A stretch of DNA of 64,000 bases from Camelus ferus (GCF_009834535.1 NC_045697.1:8062001-8126000), one strand, 5' to 3'; shown: positions 1 through 12,915, counted from the stretch's first letter. Notes: generated from the letters alone by a model not told the origin. A program made the numbers and translations.

Positions 1-369
1 ATATACACATGTATATGTATATAATTATTTGAAGAAATAGAGTCAGTTGCATGTAAGATAGAGTCTCATTTATTTTGGGATTATGTAGATTTGTTGGCCA
101 TGAAATCTAATGTTCAATTTCACTGAATATCACAAACGTTTCCTTATATGTTACATAAAATGGAGGGGGTGGGGGAGAAAACAGGGCACACAGTTTTTGC
201 CTCCAAGGAACTTGCAAAATATGTTTTGTCCAAACAATGCAAATATTTGGAGTGCTTTATCTTCAGAACTGCCCGTGAAGTTTCTATGCATAATCCCTCA
301 GCCAATTATAATTCCAACTTTTCCACAAATATTTTATCCACCATTATGAGGTGTAGTATCCACTCCCGT

Positions 370-545
370 AGCACCTTGCTGGAATTTCTGATGTAACATT
401 CTAGCTGCCTCATTATCAGTCTCCTTCCCAAAATTATGAGTCTCAAAGGCAGGTTTTTATGCTTATTCAAATATATATTCCCTTATCACCTAATGCAATG
501 TCTTGAACCTAGTAGAAAGTCAACAAATGCTTGCTTAGTTAAAAT
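370..545 (+). mobile_element. L2 LINE 3' end (ancient fragment)
   Basis: Degenerate L2 tail: 'tatgagtctcaaaggcagg...ttattca...cctaatgcaatgtcttgaacctagtagaaagtcaacaaatgcttg'. Confidence 0.65.
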
Positions 546-1534
546 AATTCCAGCCCTGAGGCCAAGTGCTCACAAATTTCCTTAATCTCAGAGAAGGGAC
601 AGGTGTGGGGGTGTTGCAAAGAGTGCCTGTGCTTAGCAGGCATGTTTATGTTCGGGGTTAGTGGCCTCTACTTTCAATTTACCTGATTTTTCTACAGCAT
701 CAACTTTTTTTCTTAAATAATTCCTTGTTTGCATTCGAAGATCAAAACTCTTTCAATCTGAAGCCTTGCCTACACACACATTTATGAGCTGTACTCACAA
801 AATGCTCAGGAACATTAAAATTTCCTGACATGAAAAATGTGTGGCACCACAAGGTTTTTAAGACGCATCAGGTAAATAAATACGTAGCTCACTGGCAGAG
901 CAGTGCTAGATGGCGGGTTAGACGTCTGTGACCCAAAGTTTAACAGGGCATCCGACAGGTGTGAATAAAATCCATAGGAACAATGAGTGAAGCCTGCCAT
1001 CTACAGGCCCCCAGGTGTATCACCACGTTAAGTGTCAGACTTTGAATCCAAGAAGGTGTAATAAGTTTTGGGTAATACTTGGTGATGGGCTCTCAAAGAG
1101 ACAATTCTGTGCTGAATTATTTGGAGCAAGTCCTTCAAGGTAAGTATATAATAAAGTGCAGTGCTCCCCTCCACTTGGTTCCCTGCGAAATCATTACTTT
1201 ACAAAATTGAGGATGACAAACTTTGTGTGCCTCCCTCTTTCACTTTCATCATGATGCTCTGCTCCTTTCTGACTTGTAATTATCTCTACATATTTCTATC
1301 TTCCTAGGAGTTGGTTAATTCCTACAGTTCAGGGGACCCTTAAATTCATCTCGGTTTGTCCTCTTGCCTGGCCCAGTGTCTCACATGTGCAGATATTCCA
1401 CAAAGATCTGAGGCGTAAATGACTCAGGGGATGAATAAATAGATGAATGAAAAAATGAATCAATAAACGTATTATTTTTTGGTCTGCTTGTTCCAAATTA
1501 CATAAAAATTTGTGAATAAAAAATTGTGACTTAA

Positions 1535-1652
1535 TATATACGAACACATAGAGGTCTATGTATAAATATGAATATATGGATGTGTACACATATGTGTGTA
1601 TATATACATATATATATACATATACACACACATGTACAAATCTCTGTGTGTA
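1535..1652. repeat. TA/CA/TG-rich low-complexity simple repeat
   Basis: Mixed tatata/cacaca/tgtgtg run; explains the YIYVYI ORF at 1329..1631. Confidence 0.85.
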
Positions 1653-2074
1653 TAGTCAGTTGTTTTGCAACTTGTCATAAATCAAGGTTTAAACTTTTTA
1701 TTAAAATCCTGATCCTTATATTTAAGATCCTATAAATTCAAATTTAGGGTCTTGGCTATGTTATTTTATCAGACAGAATGTTCTGACAGATTCATTTTAT
1801 TTATAAAGCAAACATGGTGCAGGGAACATAGTTATTGCTTCTCATTTATTTCGCCCTTTCTTCACTTGACTAGACAGCTCTAGTCAGAGGAAATGAGAGC
1901 CAAGGAAAAATGTTCAGATTATTATGGAGATTGAATAAAAAAGAAGGTGAAGAAGTAAGATAAATATTGTTTCTCCTAAGAGAACTGATTTCTCTTTCCA
2001 CTTTTCTATCAATACAACCTTGGGGAAATTTTTTGAATTTTTAGCCTTCAATTATCTTTAAAAATCAAAGACCA

Positions 2075-2235
2075 ATATTCATTTTTCACTGCTGTGTTTC
2101 AGGCACTGTGCTTGGCAGTTCCATGAATTTTCACATTTAATCAGCCTAACAGCCCCAGATTAGGGAGGCACCTACTAATACACCCATTTTATGGACCATG
2201 AAACTGAGTCTCAGAGAGAGAATTTCTGCAGGGTT
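2075..2235 (-). mobile_element. MIR SINE
   Basis: 'caggcactgtgct...catttaatc...cccattttatggaccatgaaactgagtctcagagag' matches the reverse MIR core. Confidence 0.8.
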
Positions 2236-2899
2236 GAAATAATATTACATTGCAAGAGGTACACTGGAACCAGCTCGCACTGGCATGTAAGAGCTGACGC
2301 TGTGTTCAGGGATGTCACTTTGGTAGCTTGCCAGTCACAATGGAAATTGTTTATGACATGGAAATCAACAATGGCTGGGAACCAGCCCTGGTCCCTGCCC
2401 CAAGAGCCAGCTGTTAGACGTGTACCAGCACACCACAGGTTATGGAGCAGTAATAAAAATTCCAGAATCTTGACTCCAAAATAGACCACAGTATCTAAGA
2501 CTTACGAGATTGACCATTTAAGATTTACTTAGAAATGTATAGTTGATAAAATAACGTTTTATGCTTATACAAGTTCAACGAAGTGAATCTGATTTCCATC
2601 TCACTTTCTTCCTCCCCATTTTCTCCCCCTCTCTTTTTCTCCCCACTTGTCACACCCACTGCAACACACCGAGGCCCTGCTGTGGGCTCAGTACTTGACA
2701 TAAACCGCAATATCGACAACACTGAGGAAAACGAGGTTTGGATCAGGCAAAGGATTTAGACAAAACCCTGAATTAACTAAGTATGGAGCCCTGAATCCAA
2801 AGTAAATTTCCCTCCCTTTTATCTGCTCTGTGAGCCTCATGTTTACTTCCCAGACCTGACCTCTCAAGTTCCTTCTTCTGAGAGGTTCTAGAGACCCTC

Positions 2900-3660
2900 C
2901 TCCTTCCTTTCATTTATTTCTTCAACAAATATCTCACCACAGAGTATGTGCACACACTGTTCCAAGATGCCACAGTAAGGTCAGGAGGGGCGTCCGCCCT
3001 TGGAACCTTCCTCCTAGTGGGGACAGAGAGGGAAGACGCAACAGCAAGTCAGAACAGGAATGGGGTCCAGCAAGAAGAAGTGGGTTTGAATTCTGTGTTC
3101 CCCTCTTTCTAACTGTGTGACCTTGGACAAGTTACTTAACCTCTTTGTGTCTCAGTTTCCAATTATCTGTTAAAAGGGAATAAGAATAAGACTTGTGTCT
3201 TAAAGTTGTTGTGAGGATTAAATTCTATAATGTTAGAGCCTGGTATGTGGTAAGTGCCCAGTATATGTTAGCTACTATTCTTAAAGAATCAAATTAATTA
3301 CAGCCTGCAGGTAGAGCTCTGAAGGAGACACTAAACACTGAGTTTGGGGTGAAGGTGGGTTATTTTAGAGAAAAGTGATCAATAAAGTCTTCTCTGACAA
3401 GTTGATTAGAGGATGAAAAGGTGTCTATCTTAGCATTAGATGAAGGAAGAACGTTTCTAGGATAAGGGACTGAGCTGCTAAGCTCTGGTGCAAGGAAGTA
3501 TTTAATGCTCAAGCAAATGCTAGAGGTCGGTGTGCCGGGAGCTCAGGCAGAATGGAAGGAGGTGAGCATTCCCTGGCCGCTGGAGACCCAAGCGCGCGAG
3601 GCCCTTATGACAGCCTTATGGACTCGGCATTTTGTTCTAAAAGCAAAGGAGAATTTGAGG
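2900..3660 (-). mobile_element. L2 LINE 3' portion, interrupted by a MIR at ~3080-3280
   Basis: Starts with the reverse L2 tail 'ttcatttatttcttcaacaaatat' and resumes after the MIR with L2-like 'aaagtcttctctgacaag...gaagaacgtttctagg'. Confidence 0.7.
3080..3280 (+). mobile_element. MIR SINE nested in L2
   Basis: 'gggtttgaattc...ctaactgtgtgaccttggacaagttacttaacctctttgtgtctcagtttcc...gttgttgtgaggattaaa'. Confidence 0.9.
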
Positions 3661-3768
3661 CACTTCTTTCTGGTTTTCCTGTTTCAGGTCTGCTTTCCAT
3701 ATAGAAATCACCCTTCCTTGTGACCCGTGGTTAAGGATCCCAGGGTCTACCCAGCTTTAGAGTCTTAC

Positions 3769-3911
3769 CGTAATTTCTTTCGTGAAAATTTCGAGATGAT
3801 GAGCAACCATTTGGAAATTGACCATATTACCAAAATATCCCCCCGAATTCTTTATGTCTTGGATCTTTGCCGTTAGTTTCTAATCTCTTGGCTTCAATAG
3901 ATCATTTGGAC
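3769..3911 (-). other. Candidate exon (5'UTR plus possible first coding bases, ATG at 3825, MVNFQMVAHHLEIFTKEIT)
   Basis: Minus-strand acceptor ggatttcag|G at 3912/3911 and donor ACG|gtaaga at 3769/3768; ATG in strong Kozak context (aatATGg) with an in-frame upstream stop; protein not recognised. Confidence 0.35.
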
Positions 3912-4349
3912 CTGAAATCCACTGCTAGTTCCTGCAAATGCATGCATTCGTGTAATTGCTAGAGAGAGTAGCTTCCCATAGTTTTCGTCAAATCTCAGCA
4001 GGTTTTTGACTTAAGAAAAATTGAATGCTATGGATTTAAATTGTCTAAAAGCCCACACAACACTTGTTCTTATGCTCTCATTTTCCAGAAGCCTCCCTTA
4101 GGACTCAGGGGAAGACAATTAGAATGTGTCTGATCTCAAGTGAGGAACTTGACTGTGAGGGACTTTCAGTCTTGACGACCAATCTCTTCTTTCTAAGGAT
4201 CCCCTTTCAATTTTGCAGCAACCGGCTGAGGGTGTCTCTCAGGGACAGTATTATTAGTAGTACCCTTGTTTTACTAGTGAGGAAGCAGCCTTATATTTGG
4301 ACTGACCGGGAAAGACCTTATTATCATCAATCTTGTGCTTGTTCCACTT

Positions 4350-4730
4350 ACCCTGATGCCCCGAGAGCAACTCGGTGGACCAAAGCTGGCTTCCTGGACC
4401 ACCCCGATGCTCCCTTCTCGTCTAGCTACTCGTCACACTGAAGAAGAGAAGAGTCAGCGTAAGGCTCTATGCAGTGCGTTTATAACAGAGAAACTGACAT
4501 ACCCTGGAGAACGTCAGGGCCGCTTACATCTTCGTTCCCTCTTCCGCTGTGCCGAAGCTCCTCCGTAGCAACGAGCGCCTGCCTGGCTTCCCAGCGTGGG
4601 AGAGGGCAGTGGAACGCGAGGGAAGAGCGGCAACTCAAATGCTCCTCTACGTTGCCAAGTCCAAGGTGCCCACGTAGCTGGCGTCCGCACGTGGTCCACT
4701 GGTGAGCCACGTTGCCTGGCCATGGCCACA
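4350..4730. promoter_or_regulatory. Small CpG-island-like promoter with RFX X-box-like, E-box and CRE-type motifs
   Basis: About 25 CpGs by hand count in ~360 bp against a CpG-depleted background; ctccgtagcaac 4561-4572, gttgccaag 4651, gttgcctgg 4711, cacgtg 4688, acgtca 4511; outward-facing splice donors on both strands. Confidence 0.6.
4352..4437 (-). other. Candidate non-coding (5'UTR or lncRNA) exon, 86 bp
   Basis: Branch-like ctgac and pyrimidine tract tcttctcttcttcag| acceptor; donor CAGG|gtaagt; stops in all three frames. Confidence 0.5.
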
Positions 4731-4898
4731 GCCTCACCTCCAGATCCAATCAGGCAGAAAACACCAGCCCCAAAGAGGAGATCAAGACAAGCAAGAGACA
4801 TTAGAGAATCAACAGGCAACAGGGGTGGAACACAACCCCCCACTGGTGTCTGGGCAGCATTTTCATGTACTCCAGAGCCGAGTACGGGATGAACTTAC

Positions 4899-5012
4899 CC
4901 TCTCTAAGCTCCACTGTCCAAGACAGACAGCACTCTCCCTTTACACAGACTGCAGACAGGGGGCGAAAGCCCTTAGCGAGTGCCTGTGTGTAGCTGCTGC
5001 ACGTAAAGAACT
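4899..5012 (-). other. Candidate 114 bp exon upstream of the CpG block
   Basis: Donor GAGG|gtaagt at 4899/4898; T-rich tract at 5026-5050 followed by aatcag| acceptor; one frame open. Confidence 0.25.
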
Positions 5013-5704
5013 CTGATTGTTTTGTCAAAAATAAAAGAAAAAGAAAAAAGTCACATTAAGAAAGTTAAGCATCCAAAATGGTGAAATAAGGTATTCCGGT
5101 GACCCCATATGTTTCCCAAGAGGATTAGCAAGAATTTGAAAAATCTCCTCCCAATTGTCTCATTTCCCATGTCTGTTCTTAGCCTCACGAACAACCCCAT
5201 CCACACACTCTTCCCTATGTCTTCCTCCCAAATCCAACTAGTCACGTGTCTTGCTTCTTTCATGATTCTCTATGTCACCCATTATTCAAGTGCAGAGAGG
5301 TGACATTCTCACGGGGGGTGTGAGGGAAGGAATTTGGGGAAGGGATGGGGCCCCTCACGTGTTACTTACTCCCGCTTTCATCACACTGGTGCTGGGAGGG
5401 CGAAATCTCCACAGTGTGGATAACACCCTTGAACCCGTAAGTTAGTCATTTCTCAGAATGTTCTTTGTTTCCTCCTCCCCATCCTCCTCTTCCTGCCCTC
5501 CTCCTCCCAAATGATCCCCCTAAGGGACCTCAACTTATATTTAATGAAACTGTATCCCTCTGAGATACTCGCCTACATCTTAGTGTGACACTTAGCCCTG
5601 CATTCGTTTGTGGCTTGTGATGGAGTCTCCTGAGACAGAAAATACACCAAAGATCTTACTTCATATGTTCAGAACTTTACTGTTGTTAAAGGGCTTCCCC
5701 ATAA

Positions 5705-5762
5705 TCTCCTCTTCCTCCTCTTCCTCCTCCGCCTTTTCCTCCTTTTCCTTCTTTCTTCTTTT
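5705..5762. repeat. (CCT/CTT)n polypyrimidine tract
   Basis: ctcctcttcctcctcttcctcctcc...ttcttt. Confidence 0.8.
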
Positions 5763-7114
5763 GTAACTGCTACATGTCTAATAAAAATAGACATTGAGTG
5801 TTTTTCTTTCTTTGTTTTGGAAACCCAATCATGATCTTTATTCTCACTGAGACCTTATTTTTGAGGACTGTTTTCACAAAGTGACTTTTACAAGCCAATT
5901 TTCTGGGCAGCAGAGATTTTTCAGCCACAGCTGTGGAACCCACAGTGCTGGGTCTCAGAGGTAGAACTGCTGTGGAAAATGTCTCCGCCGAGCTGCTGTT
6001 CTCCTGACCTTGTAAACCCCCGTGCAGGCGCCTGTCTCCTCGGCCATCTCAAATTGCTACAGGAAGAGGAGATGACAGTTTGGTTTCACCCAGTGCCTTG
6101 AGTTATGAGTAATTTTGCTAGATTCTTGTCATTTTCTGGCAGTTTTCATGAAGTTGTGCTGAATTTGCAAACAAAGGCAAGAGACAAACAATAGTCTGAG
6201 CTGCTCTGAGATTGCCTCATTAAACTGCAGCCTGCCGGAAGCTTTCCTGCTTTTAGCAAAGAACGCATCTGAGCTCTACAATGATGTCACCATCTAAAAG
6301 TCTGTCCACACTGCTTGGAACGATGAAGCTGTCCCATGTGCAACTAACCCATTTTTTAAATTCATTAAATATATAAGGAAGAAAAAATAGGAAAGAGCAG
6401 AAAACTCCTCCAGTTTTCAGGAAGGCTGAGTTTCAGATCTCCTGCTGCTGTTTCAGACCTGGCACCACGGAGCACTTTCCCTGAGTTCTTCAACACTCCG
6501 TTAGCTCTCTGGAACCTGGCTACACTGATGCCTTTCTGTCTGGGGAGTCCACTGAGCTCCGCCCCTGTCTCCTGTCCCCTGTCCAGGGACAGGGTCGTGG
6601 GGCATGCTCTCCAAAATCATTTTTAGTTTCAGAAGTATGCATACATGGGATTATGGGAAAGCCCTTAAACAGAGTGGAAGTCCTGAACAGGTGAATTAAG
6701 GTCCCCAGCACATTTTCCCTCTCAGTACACTCCATCAGTAATCCACAGACAAAAGCAGGACAGAGTAAAATGAGTGTCACACTAAGATATAGGAGAGACT
6801 GTAAGACAAATACTGTGTCATCCCACACAGGCTGGGGCCCGCAGGTGACTCATTTAGGGGGACTCAGCTTCCCCATATATGAGTTACGATGAAATAGACC
6901 AATCCATCACCCTCGCAGGTTATTAGATTACAAGAGGTCATTTTTTATTTTAGATAATAAATATATAAACACATTGTATTTTAAGTAGGCCATTTAAGAA
7001 AACTTGAAGTGTACGGAATGAGTTGTCCCAAGTGAAACAGTGTTGCATCATTTGAAGGATCTGTCCAAACAAACACCACCTGGATTCACAACCCTGTAAA
7101 CTGAGGGGTTTGAC

Positions 7115-7240
7115 CCATGCTCAATATATTCATCTTGAAAATGGGGTAGTGAGACCTAATTCACAGGGTTAATGTAAAACAATACAGTAAAATGATACGT
7201 CATAGAGAATGTGTCTGGCACATCATATTTGATAAATAAA
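7115..7240 (+). mobile_element. MIR SINE fragment
   Basis: 'ttcatcttgaaaatggggtagtgagacctaattcacagggtt...tctggcacat'. Confidence 0.65.
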
Positions 7241-10200
7241 TACCCGTTTCCTTTACATTTTTTAACTCTTCTGTGGTATGGAATTCTATGTGAAAAATAA
7301 CATTAAAATAAATATTTTTGACAAAGAGCAGTAACAACAGCCAAAGAAGCAGGTTCCCAGCCTTGAAGTTCTTGAATTCCTGGAGGGAGACCAACCTCCT
7401 AGGCAGGCATGGACCCAGCCTCGCCCAGGGCAGGACCCTGTCCACAGCAGCCTCCGTCTTGGCCTGTTTGATCATAACTTCTGGAGGAGGCCTGGGCTTC
7501 CAGGGCAGAGAGAGTTGCAGCAAAACATCTTCCCCAGCAGCTCCAAGAAGATGCTTTCCCCCTGCTTCCGGGCTGTGCCCTCCCTAGAGGTCACCTGTTG
7601 ATCTTTCAGATGGAAGATACCTTCTGTGAAGGTTCTAGCAAGCCACAAACTGGCCCTCTCAGAAGCTGCCCATGGAGTAAAAAGAAGAAGAAAAAGAAAC
7701 CCCCCCTCCAGGGCAGCCTTTCTGCCTTGAGGAGAGGGGACCACACCTCACATCTTTCTATAGAACGAAAAGTGGTGCTGCCTCTCCCAGGCCAGGAGGA
7801 TGCACCACCCTATCTGAGCAGAGAGACAGGCTGGTCCCCCGCGAGGCAAGTGGAGCCCTGGCCCCAGAACAAAGCTGGCTTGTTTTGTGACCAGATGCTG
7901 CTCCAAACCCAAGCCCTGAACTCCATCCCAGGCACAGCGTCCAGTGGACTGAAAACTTGGGGGGAAGCTCACGGATGACAGGGTCCCCCAGCCTGCCTTC
8001 CCCAGATAACTTGAGCTAGGTATGTCCTCCTGACCCGCAGCAAGTGGCATGTGATGCTGACAGCGTGTCCCGGACTGGTCCCTCCCACCTTCATCCCTAG
8101 GGTGAAGTTGCCCATGTCCTTCTATGGACCAGGTGTTCCTCTTGCTGTTGCTGCGGGCGCTGCTGAGCAAACCACCTTGATCACATAGAAATTATGAGAG
8201 AAAGTGCCCTGAGGCCAAGCTTATGAAAAGACTGACACCCACTGGGGCTGCTGGCAGTGGTGACTCTCTCCTCTTGGGAAATATCCTCCTGCCTTCCAGC
8301 CACATCCTACCACTCGACATCTCCTGGGACCCAAGTTACCTTTTTCTCCTGGGTGCCTGCACTGGTCTATGTCAGGAACATGTGATTCCTGAGACACACT
8401 CTCTCTGTGTTCACAGCCACTTAGGCATTGATCCCAATCAGAGGCAGGTGAAGGTTCTTAGCTAGCCAGAGAGAGAGAGAGAGTTGCTGCCGTCAAGGGC
8501 ACCACCACAGGTGCTCTGGAAGGCTGAGACCAAGCCCCTGCTCGTCAGTGGCAGGCTCTCGGGCCCCCAGCACTCGCACTTCCGCCCACTCCCCCGGCCC
8601 TTGCGATGCACTACTCCAAATATGACTGCAACATTTTGACCTTTGACTTCAGCTGAATCAATCTGAACCTCATGGGCCAACCTTGTGGCAATCCAAGCTT
8701 TCTTACCAAATTGAAAGAAATTTCTGGGTTGATCAGAAACATAGCTGCTCACTTTAAGGACCAGCCCCTTCCAGAGCAACTCTGCTTTGCTGAGGTGGAG
8801 AAAGCAAGCCTCATGGATGACCTGCATTATCCCCAAAATAAAGTGACCCCAAAGTCACCTTGTCTTGTCCTCTGTGTTAAGCAAAGTCCTAGAGATGAAT
8901 GGAAAACTGCTCCAATAAATGCACTCTCTGAAATGGATGATTCTGGTGGCCAGAGATCTGGGCATAAAAGTGGCCAAGGGAACAGTGTTCCACTCAGGGA
9001 ACACCTGTCACTCCCACCCCATAACCTAGGAAGCGTGATTCATACCCAGACATGTGGGGTCAGATGGAAGGGAAGCAAGGCCACCTCAAGCCATTCCAAC
9101 CCCTCAAATACTCACTACAATAATCACTCTTGGAAGAAAAACTACTAGGATTTAGAAAAAACATCTGTACTATGTATTTTGGGAGAGCATTTGGAGAGAA
9201 AAAAAAGTCTTATTGGTAAAGCAAAACAAGGTTCTATTTGCTGTGAAAGGTGTGTCTAAACATTGAGTTCTCCAAATACCATGCTAGGATTTTAACATCT
9301 CTTTCCTGAAAACAGCACTTCCCGGGAGGTCTTTGTCACTGTGATCCCACTTGGCCAGTGAGGAATCCAAGGGGTGAGAACTGCTTTCCAGTGGAGATGG
9401 GTAACAGAGCTGGACTGAAGAAGCCACAGTTCACAACCTTAGCGCTCAGTGAAAATGAACTTGAAGACAAAGCCCCAGGCAGCACGACGAATTTCCACGC
9501 AGCAAGCATTTTTTTTCCAGATCACATCTCATATATTCCACTATTCACAGTCATCACACGGAACGCTGAGCTTGTGACGACTTCACCCCCGATTATTCAA
9601 AGACTATTACAGTTGCTTATTGATGGGTTGGACAAGAGGTGCTGGCTTTCTGAGAAGAACAAAAGAAGCATTTAGTGTGAGTTATTTGCACCCTGCTACA
9701 TCCACACTTTTCTTATTTACCTTTGAGGATAACAGAAAAAATCAGGTTAGACAGCTAAACCCAAACTGTGAGCCCTACATCTTGGCTTGAGTCTGGAGAC
9801 CAGGACTATAATTCTTGGAGAAAAACTGGAATCTTTTTCCTAGGAGCTATTAATTCGGCATACAGACTGTTATAAAATTGAAGTTATATGGCTGAGTAAA
9901 ATTTCCCGACTACACATGAAGATTCTTCCACTACTAGGAGAAAAGGGGTTGGGTTTATTCATATTTATAACTTGAATTCATAATATAAAGTGGTCACACG
10001 TTAACCACTGGTAGAACGATTGAGCAAATTAATAAGAAATGAAAAGCAGTGATTGAGTACGAAGTATGACTTGAGGGCAGCCAGACCAGAAACTGGAATA
10101 TCATGACCTCAGTAGTCAAGTCATGGATGGACCAAAAACTTTCGTCAAGGGTGGAAGGAACACCCCAAGGGGACTCAATGGAAGTAAAGGGGGTTAAGAT

Positions 10201-10473
10201 TGCAGAGGGAGTCTCAAGGAAGGAACATTTACAAGTGTTAGGTCAGACCAAATTCACTCAATACCCCATTATTTATAAATTGCATGACCTTGGTAAGCTT
10301 GCTTACAATTTCTAAAATTAATCTCTATGAGATTAAGTCAATTTCCTTTTTTGAAAAACAAATAATAGAGGTGGTTGTCATGATATGTTGAGACATGTTT
10401 ACTTCTTTTAATACAAATTAAAGATATATAACAGAAGTTTGAAAATAAGGTTTAACATAAGTTTGAAGAGATG

Positions 10474-10602
10474 CAGGTACGCCTCAGAGATATTCAGTCT
10501 CAGACCAACACAATAAAGTGAGAATCATAATAAAGTGAGTCATGTGATTTTTTTTTTTAGTTTCCCTGGTGCATATAAAAGTTATGTTTACACTCTACTG
10601 CA
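10474..10602 (-). mobile_element. Tigger1-family (TcMar) DNA transposon terminal fragment
   Basis: 'caggtacgcctcagagatatt...cagaccaacacaataaag...tttccctggtgcatataaaagttatgtttacactctactg' matches the recalled Tigger1 3' terminus and TIR. Confidence 0.85.
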
Positions 10603-12337
10603 GCCAACCATCCAGTGCAGCCCCTATTGTCATTACCCCGTGAGAAATGGGGATGTAGGTACTTGAAGGAAAAACGGCCACTATTTCTAGGGAAGCCTGA
10701 GTGTTATACGCGGGATCGGTGAAGCACTTTAGGTGGCGACATCTTTGAACATCTGAGGAAGGAAAATGTAGACTTGATGAGAACAAAGAAATCAATTAGT
10801 TTTTGGATTGTACAATGTGAGATATATGATACTCTGTCACTTGGATGTACACAAAACAGAAATTTCATCTATTTCATAGAGCAGAGTCCTCCTGCAGTGA
10901 ACTGCTCCGTTCACAGTAATTCTGCTTTCTCCGGGGATTGCTCTCGCATGGCAGTAGCCACGTTACTGCCTAAATGGCCATCCCGCTCATGGCCATGTCT
11001 GATGGATGAACAGTATGCAGCTAGCCCAGTCCAGGGAATGGCAGGGAGGGACAAAGAGGCAGGAAGTTGTAAAGCTGAGTCAGGTTAACAGCAGGCCGCC
11101 AGGTAGAAGATCCAAATGCCTCAGCTGTTCCAAGTCCTGGAATCTCCTTAGTTACTTTCCCTCCCATGTTGTTGACACCCTCTCCTATGCCACCAGACAC
11201 TTGAATGCCCTTGCGAATAGTTTTCTTTTCTCCTTAAGCTAACCAGGGCCAGATTTCATCACTCAAATTTCAGTGACATAAACAAATACAGTCATCTGGT
11301 GCTAAAACAGGCATCCAGGCTGAGTTCTCTGAACTTAAGAATTCCTTATACTTGCCCGCCATTACGTAATCAGTGTTAGTAATGTCTCAGTCATTGAATG
11401 GGAGTTTGGTAAACACTGAAAAAAGAGAGAAGTAAATGAATGAATGACGAAATAAAAGATACTTAAATAAACTAAATGCAAAATTTTGCTTTCACTTTTT
11501 TATCTTCACGTGGGAGATGAAAAATGCATGGTTTTTAGTTGATTCTAAAGTCAACTCCTGTCCCAAGAAGTGTGGCAAGCACTCACTTAGAGAGTAATGA
11601 GAACACCACAGGTGCAAATGTCCCCCACATTGTTTGTTAACAACCTCATGTATAGGAGACATTTGTTAACCAAGCCACACCCTTGAAAGCCCGAGCACAG
11701 ACAGTGGGAAAAATAAAGGCTTGAACACACCTGAACAAGGCACTTGGAACTCTAGCTTTTTCTAAAATCCCTCTTCACAATTATTTGACCATCCAACTGG
11801 GCAATGAAACATGTCTGTCTTTTGGCATCATTTTCAAAGGCCAATCTTGACAATGACTGATGAGAGGAACCAATAAAATAGATGTTTTACCATCTAAATT
11901 TGAAACCAGCTGAGACAGAGTTAGAAATAAGGTCAAGGGAAATGAAAATCTTTTCGTGGCTGCTGTTAAAGGCTGTTTATCAAGAGGATGTGGCTAACTG
12001 TATAAGAACAGTGCCTCCAAACAGTCACACGCAATTCTTGACCAGGGTGAGGTCTTTACCAGACTTACGGCCAGACCTCTGGCACATCAAAACACGCATG
12101 CTCTGTTGATGGGCAGATTCCTAAAAAGAGGGAAGAGAAGAGGACTGAACCAAAACTGCCCTCAGCTCTTTCCATAGGTCAACGACAATGGGAAAAATTG
12201 TGGGAAGTGGAGAGGGGACAGGAAGTTCACGCAAATGGGTTTCCCTCCACTTGGAAACAATAGGCATGGGGAAAGAAAGTTCCTCATTCAAATGGGATAT
12301 TTTATTTTGTTGTGTTGCTATTTTTTGCAGGGTAAGA

Positions 12338-12565
12338 GGTATAGTATAGAAAGAGTGTGAAGGTTTTAACAAGTAAGTCTGCAATCAAATTATAACTGTG
12401 CTACTTAAATCTCTGAGAGGTTACCTGACCTCTCTGAGTACAGATTCTAGACGTGTAGAAGCACTCAATCTACACCCTTACACAGATGATAAGAACATAA
12501 CATGAGATATAACTCATAACATATTCTGTGCTGAACATTATTCCGGACACAGCATTCAAATAAAA
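12338..12565 (+). mobile_element. MIR SINE (diverged)
   Basis: 'ggtatagtatagaaagag...gttacctgacctctctgagtacag'. Confidence 0.55.
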
Positions 12566-12684
12566 TCCTTGAAAAATTTTTTAAAAAAATAGTTGTATCA
12601 AAATGGCTTTGACACAGCAGGAAGACAAAGAGAAGTTCAACATCTGACCAAAGTTACTCTTAATGGCAGGAACATTCAACAAGA

Positions 12685-12915
12685 ACTTACTGTGTAGCAG
12701 GCAGTATGTTGCAGGACTGGTACCGCTTGCCTTATTTAAAAGAAGTAATAAGCACGGGGTATTATAGTGATAAGCACCCCTTTGCACAGAAATGAAAACT
12801 GAGGATTCGAATGGCTATATAACCTAATTAAAGTCAATCAAGTGGCTAAGCAAGAAATTCAACCCAGGTTGTCTGGGTTCAGAGACAGTACCCTTGACTA
12901 CACGGTGTATTGTCT
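12685..12915 (-). mobile_element. MIR SINE
   Basis: 'cacagaaatgaaaactgagg...aaattcaacccaggttgtctgggttcagag'. Confidence 0.7.

Noticed and set aside
901..918. Partial CTCF-like motif (ctagatggcg); also taggtggcg near 10730
   Set aside because: Both lack the 5' CCAC half, so they are too weak to call.
1050..1146. Plus-strand exon ending CAAG|gtaagt at ~1140 (MGSQRDNSVLNYLEQVLQ)
   Set aside because: Isolated donor with no convincing acceptor, and an unrecognised peptide.
8672..9148. 158 aa ORF and the overlapping ORFs at 7.2-9.7 kb
   Set aside because: No recognisable homology; overlapping ORFs on both strands are expected by chance in GC-richer DNA.
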